A stretch of DNA of 64,000 bases from Candidatus Latescibacterota bacterium (lineage in GTDB: Bacteria > Latescibacterota > UBA2968): NCBI GenBank assembly GCA_965198115.1, contig OZ240241.1, positions 192,001 to 256,000 of the forward strand, given 5' to 3'. Both the position numbers and the translations under genes were made by a program. Below, in pieces: positions 56,579 through 64,000 of the stretch. The notes below the pieces were generated by a model. It did no database searches, was not told where the DNA came from, and saw nothing but the letters and a program-made list of their open reading frames with translations. Every line of letters starts with the position of its first letter. Position 1 is the stretch's first letter.

Positions 56579-57433
56579 CTACCCCTCTCCGTCGATCCAG
56601 GTCGTCATTCCTTGCTCTTGGAGTGCGGTCCGCACTGAAAGTTCACTGCGCGATCCGCATACCCCGGGATCCTGTGCTGTCAGGCCCCGATCAGCAATCA
56701 GATTATGTCCTGTCACCGCGGCCGATTCATCACTTGCCAAAAAGAGCATAGCGTTGGCCACTTGCTCCGGCGTACTGGGAGACCCTAGTGGATAGAAACA
56801 CGCTTGCCTGCGGTACTGGGCTGGATTGTTATCCAGCATGACATACTTCTTTTCTGTCAGCATCCGGGCGGGCGTCAAGACGTTTGCTCTGATGCCTTGC
56901 ATCCCGTATGTGATCGCCAGACTTTTGGTAAAGTTCATCATCCCCGCCTTTGCCGGCCCATAGGACGAAATCGATGAGCCGCCGACAAGTCCTGTATGGG
57001 AAGCCACATTGATGATGTTACCGCTTCCTTGCTCAATCATCGCAGGTATGACCTCTTTGCAGAAGAGCAGCGGTGCGGTCATGTGACAGAAGATGGTTTC
57101 TTCCCAGTCCTGCAATTTCACATCTTCGAGCTTTCCGCCCGGATTGTCGATGATCGCGTTGTTGACCATGATATCAATGCGACCGTATTTCTCTTTGGTA
57201 AAATCGCAGAGAGCGACAATGTCGGCCTCATCCATCACATCACATCGTTTATAAACGACCTCTCCAGCGAGCCCTTCCGCTTCCTCGAGTAATTTCTGTG
57301 CATTCTCAGGGGTTCTGCCCCGGTCACAGGTGACCACTTTGCAGCCCTCGCGGGCAAAGATCAATGCTGCGGCCTTTCCGAGACCCAGGGTTGACCCCGT
57401 GATTATGGCAACCTTTCCGTCTAGCCTTCCCAA
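56579..57433 (-). CDS. Short-chain dehydrogenase/reductase
   Basis: GKVAIITGSTLGLG, VNNA, YGPAK, IRANVLTP; TTG start after AGGAGG. Confidence 0.9.
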   Translation of the reverse strand: MGRLDGKVAIITGSTLGLGKAAALIFAREGCKVVTCDRGRTPENAQKLLEEAEGLAGEVVYKRCDVMDEADIVALCDFTKEKYGRIDIMVNNAIIDNPGGKLEDVKLQDWEETIFCHMTAPLLFCKEVIPAMIEQGSGNIINVASHTGLVGGSSISSYGPAKAGMMNFTKSLAITYGMQGIRANVLTPARMLTEKKYVMLDNNPAQYRRQACFYPLGSPSTPEQVANAMLFLASDESAAVTGHNLIADRGLTAQDPGVCGSRSELSVRTALQEQGMTTWIDGEG

Positions 57434-57498
57434 TTTAGTCCTCCTAGATTCTCCTTCAGTTTCGGTTCGACCTACATGGCTTGGAGTTTGTCGCATTA

Positions 57499-58791
57499 GG
57501 GTTCGGAATAAATAAACGGTCGATCTCAATGTTGAGCCATTGGCCGGATCGTGTAGTTCCAGTCGCCGTGGAAATCGTGCGGAGTGAGATCGATTTGGGT
57601 CATCTGTTCATCGGTCACCTTGACCCCGTTAGGGTAGGGTCGCTTGTCGATCTCGGAGCGTACTCGGAGACCGGCTTGAGTGGTCGTTCCGGCAATGAGA
57701 TTCACGGTTGCAGCCAGGCTGACCAGGGGCTTGCCTCGCCAGTTCATAGCGATGAAGGAGAACAGGCGATGTTCGATCTTGTTCCACTTACTAGTGCCAG
57801 GAGGGTAGTGGCATACGGTGATCGTCAGGCCAGTGCGATTCGCAAAGCGCTGCAGCTCCCACTTCCACAGCCGCGTCTTGGCGCCGTTGCTGCCGCCTGC
57901 GTCCGCCGTGATTAGCAGATGCGTCGAAGTGCCGTAGGCGGGCCGTCCCATGTTCTTCCACCAACTTCGGATCGCATTCACGGCGAAGCTGGCCGTGTCG
58001 TGATCGATACCGACACTTACCCAGCCTTCATCACGGCTCAGATCATACACTCCATAAGGGATCGCCTTGCCCTGAGCAGGCACTATGAAATCGTGTACCT
58101 TCACACGCTCCGGGTCTCCCTTGGGTCGCCATTCTCGGCCAGGATTCTTGAAGTCGCCGATCAACTCTTTCTTCTTGGTGTCCACCGAGATAACGGGAAG
58201 GCCCTGCTGCTGCTGCTGGCTAATCCGATCATCGAGGTAAACGAACTGAGCGTCCCGATCCGGGTGTGCAGATCCCTCCCTTGTCTTCCGATTCGCCTGC
58301 AGCGTGTAATCGTGTTCGTGCAGGAGATTGGCAACGATCCTGGGGCTCACCGAATGCCCCATCGCTTGCAACTCGGCGGCCAGTTTGCGAGTGCTCTTCG
58401 ATGTCCATCTCAGAGGATTGTCGTCAGGCGACCCCGCAGTCGTTGGCTCGACCAGATCATTCAGGTCCTGCCACAGCGTCGGGTCCGTGTCGGCCTTCCG
58501 CTTACGACCGCCGCCTGGACGCCGGATGCGAGCCGGGTCCAAAGGTTCGTCCGACCTCAACTCCTGAATGCCACGAAAGATCCGCTCTCTGGACATTCCT
58601 GTCGCCAGAGCCACAATCGCGATCCCACCGTGACCCAACGCTTCGGCTTCCGTGGCGGCCCACAGACGACGCGTGCGTTCCGTCAGCACCGGAGCCAAGG
58701 CTTCATACTTCGTTCGGAGAGTTTCGACGTCCACACTCCGAGCGTAAGATCATTACCTTGAAAAGTGCAGCACTTATTTCGTGGCAAACCC
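57499..58791 (-). mobile_element. ISAzo13-family insertion sequence
   Basis: Imperfect TIRs gggttcggaataaataa / ttatttcgtggcaaaccc; 3-bp TTA duplication (57496-98, 58792-94). Confidence 0.88.
57526..58734 (-). CDS. ISAzo13-family (Rhodopirellula-type) transposase
   Basis: RRPGGGRK, LRWTSKS, HPDRDAQF, ISVDTKKKE, ADAGGSN, PPGTSKWNKIEHRLFS. Confidence 0.94.
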   Translation of the reverse strand: MDVETLRTKYEALAPVLTERTRRLWAATEAEALGHGGIAIVALATGMSRERIFRGIQELRSDEPLDPARIRRPGGGRKRKADTDPTLWQDLNDLVEPTTAGSPDDNPLRWTSKSTRKLAAELQAMGHSVSPRIVANLLHEHDYTLQANRKTREGSAHPDRDAQFVYLDDRISQQQQQGLPVISVDTKKKELIGDFKNPGREWRPKGDPERVKVHDFIVPAQGKAIPYGVYDLSRDEGWVSVGIDHDTASFAVNAIRSWWKNMGRPAYGTSTHLLITADAGGSNGAKTRLWKWELQRFANRTGLTITVCHYPPGTSKWNKIEHRLFSFIAMNWRGKPLVSLAATVNLIAGTTTQAGLRVRSEIDKRPYPNGVKVTDEQMTQIDLTPHDFHGDWNYTIRPMAQH

Positions 58792-58849
58792 TTAGTGAAA
58801 AACATGGCATCCGGTTCTTTCCGCCCATGAGGGTACGGGGGCTCGTCAA

Positions 58850-60036
58850 TCAGCCGTCGCTGCGGATGCCACTCCGGACCCCGAGCGCGAGGCTCGACAT
58901 CCACACCAGGGGTGCTACCGCCGTGGCGGCCATGGCCCAGCGCAGTCCGACGAAATCCGCCGTCATGCCGAACGCAATCGGCCCAGTCAGGGCGCCCAGC
59001 AGGGCCACGCCATTGAAGGCGGCGAACATGGCGCTCCCCGCAGTGGGAAAACGGTCGCCGGCGTGGGCGTTGACCGAGGGATAGATGCCGGAGATCGCGA
59101 ACCCGAGTACGGAGAGCCACGCCACCACGGCGAGCGCGTGTTCGTGCCAGGCTGCTAGGGGTGCGCTGATCAGGCAGGCCAGGCCGGTGATGAATACGAC
59201 GGTCCGGAGTCCGAAGCGGTGCACCACGAGCGGCATGCTCAGCCGGCCGACCGCCATGACCATCGCGTAGACCATCAAACCGACAGCACCGAACGAACGG
59301 CTGCTGCCGATGCTTACTTCGAGATAGTATGGCATCCAGTGGGCGGCGGTCACTTCGGTGATCGACGAGAAGAACAGACCCAGGAGCAGAAGCCTAAAGC
59401 TCCAGTGGCTCGCTATTTCACGGAACGGGATGCGATCCCCGGACCTTTCGGAACGTGACGCCCGGCGCCCGGGCATGGACTTGAGGAAGGCGGCCGGTGC
59501 ATACATCAACACCAGCACGGTGAACAGCCCGAAGAGGCTGCGCCAACCCACACCGATCTCGAAGGCCGCCAGTACGAGCAGCAGAATGACGCACACCCCG
59601 ATGTACCAGCTGGAGTGGTGGATGCAGGCGACGCGGACTCGGTTCTCGGCATAGAGATCGCAGACCAGGGCCGTCATGGGCGCCGACACGATGCCGCGGC
59701 CCAGACCCGTGATCGTGCCCCCCGCCAGGGCGTGAAAGGGCTCTGTCGCCGAGGCGACGACGAGCAGACCCGCCGCCTGCAGCAGCGAGCTGATCAGAAT
59801 CTGTAGGCGGTAGCCGAGCCGATCGACGAGCCACGCCGAGCAGATGCTGGTGAGGGCCGAGCTCCAGATTGGCGAGCTCAGAAACAGACCCTTGGACAGC
59901 TCGGAGTCCATGCCGAGGTCGGCGGCGATGACGCTGAGACACGAGGCGGCGCCCAGCATCATCGTGCTGCCGGCAGCCATCGCGTACAGGCGACGGCCAG
60001 GATGATTCTGCGCGAGCCGGGCGCGCCTTCTGTCAT
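58850..60036 (-). CDS. MFS transporter (probable 1-base indel near 59990)
   Basis: About 12 TM helices, motif A WLVDRLGYR; the ATG at 60036 (MTEGAPGSRRIILAVA) is one base out of frame with 59980. Confidence 0.82.
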
Positions 60037-60124
60037 TCTTCCCAGTCCCTACACCGAAATCGAATGCGCCTCCGCGTCGACGTGCTAGTAGACATCGGGT
60101 CTGAGCTCTGACGACGATGTCGAA

Positions 60125-61091
60125 TCAATACCATCGACCTTTGTCCACGATGTTTTTAAGCGGTTGCCCCGCGGAAAAACAACGAGCGTTTTCGAGCAGG
60201 ATCTGGAATCGACGTTCGGGCAGGTTCTCGGCTTCTCGTACTGCGATGTGCGGGGTGAGCAACACGTTGGGCAAGGTCCAGAGTTTGTGGTCGGAAGGCA
60301 GAGGTTCGATTTCGTATACGTCCAGACCACAGCCTCCGATTTCGCCGCTTTCGATCGCGTCGGCAAGGTCATCGATGCGGGTTGTCTTTGCCGCGCGCGA
60401 TGTTGATGAAATAGGCGGCATTTTTCATGCGCTTAAATCGACCCTGGTGCCACATGCCGGCTGTTTCAGGTGTGTGTGGCGTGGTGACGATCACAAAGTC
60501 GGCCCGGGGAAGCAGGTCGTCCAATTCTTCGGAAGCGTGCATTTCAACGTAGGACTGGCTGTGTTCCGGACGGGGATCGACACCGATGACCGTCATGCCG
60601 AATTCGTGGCACAATCTGGCCGTTTCGTGTCCGACGCCGCCGACACCGACAATGAGTGCCGTCGCATCCGCCAGATAGATATACGGGCTCTTTCGGGCTT
60701 CTTTATCCCATACCTTGCGGGATTGGGCTTCAACGTACCAGGGAAGGCCGCGAGACAGCGCGATCAAAAACATCATGATGTGGTGGCTGATGTGATCGTA
60801 ATAGATGCCTCGTGGATTGGCGATGATGACGGGGTGGTCGATGAGTTCCTGGTAGAAGTATCCCTCGAAGGGACCGGAGTCGGGATTTTGCAGCCACCGG
60901 AGTTTTTGCGCCGCAGGAAGTGTGTCCGGCGGAATCCAGCCGAAAGCGGCGTCTGCATCGATGATTTCCCGTTTGGCATCTGCGTCGGTTTCAGGAGAGA
61001 CGACCGTGTATTCGGGAAGGGCTTCGGGTAGGCGCCTGGCGAACTCTTTTTTTAGGTCATCCTGAGGGGGCATTATGACGAACTTGAACAT
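60125..61091 (-). pseudogene. D-2-hydroxyacid dehydrogenase, frameshift near 60388 (real or assembly indel)
   Basis: IVGVGGVG, TPHTPET, INIARG|K, GLDVYEIEPLP, LLTPH. Confidence 0.85.
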
Positions 61092-61280
61092 AAGTGTTTC
61101 TCCAACTGATGTTTTGGCGTGCCACGCGACTCAGTGGTCAGGAAGACTTCCCGTCAGGGCGAGCACCGGCACGAGGCGGCGCCTATCATCATCGTGCTGC
61201 CGGCTGCCACCGCGTAGCAGGTGGCGGCCAGGATGACTTTGCGTGCGCCGCCGGGCGCGCATTGTGTTTGCTGAACTCCC

Positions 61281-62322
61281 CTAAACATCGTAAGCCGTCC
61301 AGGTGCCCGTACAGCCGTGGCCCTTCCGGACGTGGAGAACGCGGTCTGTCGCGTCGGCGATATAGCCTGAAACGGAAATCATGTCGACTCCGCCGTGACG
61401 GCAGATGGCCGCGGGATCGCCCTGGTGATCGGCCAGGATCGACTTCATCGTGTCGACTGTGACGTTGCCGTACGCTCCGTCCACCAGCTCACGCATTCGC
61501 TCGGCCCGAGGACACGAGTCCGCCAACGAATTCGTCTCGTGATGACCGTAATCCGGGGTGAGGTAGTGATTTGCGTGAATGATGGAGTCCTCAACGTCGC
61601 CGTAGTAGCGCGCCGGGCCCTCTGGACGAATCTCGTAGTCGGCCACCTCCCCACCTCCCGTGCAGATCACCATATTCCCCGCCGAACACGTCGAGTTGTC
61701 GGTCAAAACACGATCGATCCCGGCCAGGTCCTTCTGTTCCAGACAAACGCGCTTGATGGGATAGTGCGGCAGGCCCACTCGCCAGGGGCAGTCGTAGAGC
61801 GCGTTCGCGAAGTGCGCGATGCCGTGCTCGTTCATGCCTGAGTAGCCGAGCTGTCCCGCAAACGTGAACATCAGTGCCCGGGGTCGTTCGTCCGCCGGGT
61901 CGACGCGGAAGAATCGCGAAGTCGCCATACTCGGGCGGGAGATCCTGATTCTGTCCCGCCAGCGTCACGCCATCCTTCGTCGCTTTGCCCGTTAGCGCGA
62001 ATGCGGTGCACGCCTCGTCCTGCACCTGCGCGGCCTCACCCCTCGCCTGACAGAGCAGCGCCTCCTCGACCGAGAGATCCGCGCCGTCAGCCAGCCCACG
62101 CACTTCTTCGACGAAGCGCGGACTCAACTTCTCCATAAACGGCAGGAACCTGAAGGCAGATGCGCAGAGCGCGTTACGCGACTTCCCTGTCATCCGCTCG
62201 ATCCAGATCAGGTACTTCTGGATCAGGTCGGCAGCGATCGCTCCGTGCTGGTAGCCCATCTCGTAGGACGAGCCCGCCACGCTCACCATCGGAAAACCGA
62301 CTTGCAGTGAGGTATCGTTCAT
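61281..62322 (-). pseudogene. C45-family acyltransferase/hydrolase, frameshift near 61910 (real or assembly indel)
   Basis: GSSYEMGYQHG, ACTAFA, GQNQD | GMNEHG, HANHY, ICRHG. Confidence 0.83.
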
Positions 62323-62346
62323 CTTCCCTCAAATGCTTCCAACGTA

Positions 62347-63696
62347 TTAGTGCACACCTCCATCGTCTCCCGAGCTTTCGATCTCTTTGAACCTGTGTAC
62401 GAGAATCACGGAGAAGGGCACGCAGCAGAGGGCGATCAAAAAGACGCCTCGATAGCCGATCAAGGTTGCCGCTATGCCGGCAAGTATCGGGAAGGCCCCC
62501 TGAAGTACACCAAGGGTATTCATGAAGCTCGTATAAGTGGGTCTGCGATCCGGTGGCGAAATATCCAGGACGAGCGCCGTGCGCCCTGTGTAATTACTGC
62601 TTGAGGCAAACGCGTCGAATACGAACGTCAAGGTGAAGAAAAGCACATCTGTCCGGATGGCGGATTCGATACCAAACAGTGTCAGAGGACGGACGTACTC
62701 TACAGGCAGGTAAGGCGTTAGAATCGGAATCGAAACTGAAAGAGCCAGCATATAGGTCCCATAGATCAGGAGAGAACGATTGCCTCGGCGGGGGGCCACC
62801 CAGGCCCAAAGCGCGTTCGACAGAAGCGAGCTAGCCTGTGAAATGGACACGAATATGCCTACAAAAACCGCCGCGATTCCAAGGGTCGAGATGGCATATG
62901 GCACGTAGAAAGACCTACCCACCTCAGCGGCCGCCCACGTGTAGCGAAGCGCGAAGAGTCTTCGATAGTTGGCGTCATCCTTCAGCAGTCTCAGGCCGCT
63001 CGCCATATACGCACGGAAGGGCTCTCGCTTCCGCCTATTCTTTTCGATCGGTTCGCGAATCAGAGAGAAAATGAGCGAAGAGACACCTGTGACCGTACCG
63101 CCTATCATAAACAACACACCATATGAACCTGGAAATCCAAAGCCGCTTTTCTCACTCAACACATAGGAGATGACGCCGCCGGTTCCGATGGCAAGGCCCC
63201 CACCCACGAGACGTGTCATCGCGAATACACGGGCGCGCTGTCTACTGGGTATGGTTTTCCCAACTACATCCATCCGCGGTACGTTCGTGGCCCCCATCAT
63301 CGATGTGGTCACGGCATACATCGCGAGAAACACGACAAACAAACTGGTGGCTTCGACGCCTGCCGCGAACCACAGAACAATTCCGATCCCTACCGTGACC
63401 GCGCCTCGAATGAGCTGCACATAAACAAGAAACGGCAACTTCCGGGGACGCTCTTCAATGAGGTGGGAAATGAAGATCTGAGGCCAGGCCCATCCTACCC
63501 GCATCAGGGCCCTGGCGAGGCCCACCATTACACTTGAACCGGTTAAGGTCTGGATGAATGCGGGGATGACCGTCTCGGAACTGGCAAACCGGTAGCCGGA
63601 CTCGCTTAGGCCACCGTTCAGAATAACCAGACGGGAGTTGCGTTTCACTTCCGCCGCATCTCTATCGTGCTCAACCTTGGACGCGTCTGGTTCCAT
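62347..63696 (-). CDS. MFS transporter
   Basis: About 12 hydrophobic helices; GKTIPSRQRARVF, LKDDANYR, PPDRRPTY. Confidence 0.85.
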   Translation of the reverse strand: MEPDASKVEHDRDAAEVKRNSRLVILNGGLSESGYRFASSETVIPAFIQTLTGSSVMVGLARALMRVGWAWPQIFISHLIEERPRKLPFLVYVQLIRGAVTVGIGIVLWFAAGVEATSLFVVFLAMYAVTTSMMGATNVPRMDVVGKTIPSRQRARVFAMTRLVGGGLAIGTGGVISYVLSEKSGFGFPGSYGVLFMIGGTVTGVSSLIFSLIREPIEKNRRKREPFRAYMASGLRLLKDDANYRRLFALRYTWAAAEVGRSFYVPYAISTLGIAAVFVGIFVSISQASSLLSNALWAWVAPRRGNRSLLIYGTYMLALSVSIPILTPYLPVEYVRPLTLFGIESAIRTDVLFFTLTFVFDAFASSSNYTGRTALVLDISPPDRRPTYTSFMNTLGVLQGAFPILAGIAATLIGYRGVFLIALCCVPFSVILVHRFKEIESSGDDGGVH

Positions 63697-63700
63697 GGGT

Positions 63701-64000
63701 TCAGTTGCAGGCTTCAAATTTCAAGTTCCAAGTGGTTGCCTGGATCACGATGTAACCCTCATACGAACTTGGAACTGCATTCCAAGTGCGGAGCCGTCGC
63801 ATCTCGTGTCCGCGAGCCCGAAGCCCCGCTGCGGACCTCCTCGTCATCGACGGCAGCCACGGCCACCGCTCCTTGATCTCCCCGTAGATGTCCACAGTCG
63901 CAGCGTGGACGTTGTCTCCCACGTCATCGAAGCCGAAGATGTGAGCCATGTCCGCCATTCCCACCGCCTCGAATCGGGGCAGAGCCACCGCCAGCGTGTC
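63701..64000 (-). CDS. 3' part of a hypothetical protein entering from the right edge (C-terminus may be degenerate)
   Basis: Open frame with host-like codons (AHIFGFDDVG...IKERWPWLPSMT) that then runs through the 7-mer element. Confidence 0.45.
   Translation of the reverse strand, partial: DTLAVALPRFEAVGMADMAHIFGFDDVGDNVHAATVDIYGEIKERWPWLPSMTRRSAAGLRARGHEMRRLRTWNAVPSSYEGYIVIQATTWNLKFEACN
63713..63776. repeat. Inverted 7-mer arrays
   Basis: TTCAAAT TTCAAGT TCCAAGT ... GAACTTGGAACT; 10-bp perfect IR AGTTCCAAGT/ACTTGGAACT. Confidence 0.65.

Overview
This is a GC-rich (about 60% by eye) bacterial chromosomal window. The gene mix (several sulfatase-superfamily, Gfo/Idh/MocA, NHL/PQQ/BNR propeller, PhyH, C45 and M19 enzymes, plus an orphan fliG) suggests a Latescibacterota/Poribacteria-like heterotroph; that assignment is inference only. 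Housekeeping genes are at the left end: nnr, acpS, two tRNA-Ser, gltX, tRNA-Gln and glnS. tRNA-Pro lies at 44.45 kb, and most of the remainder is catabolic or accessory. There are six IS elements (2x ISL3, IS256, two unrelated IS630, ISAzo13) and a MITE-like element. About nine genes carry single-base frameshifts, mostly in short homopolymers, which looks like assembly error. Strongest leads: (1) a small GIY-YIG nuclease gene inside REP-like repeats whose conserved arms enclose variable inserts of near-constant length (46-51 nt), with more copies 9-11 kb away; (2) short 7/8/9/10-mer tandem arrays sitting at gene boundaries with a fixed left/right polarity, sometimes as complete inverted-ended mini-elements, with matching local strand skew; (3) a rhodanese with TGA at its catalytic Cys (candidate selenoprotein, IS630-interrupted) upstream of a MoaD/ThiS + BNR pair; (4) an IS256 with 118-bp terminal inverted repeats that copy the 3' end of its own transposase; (5) a stand-alone fliG followed by an unexplained small terminated unit.
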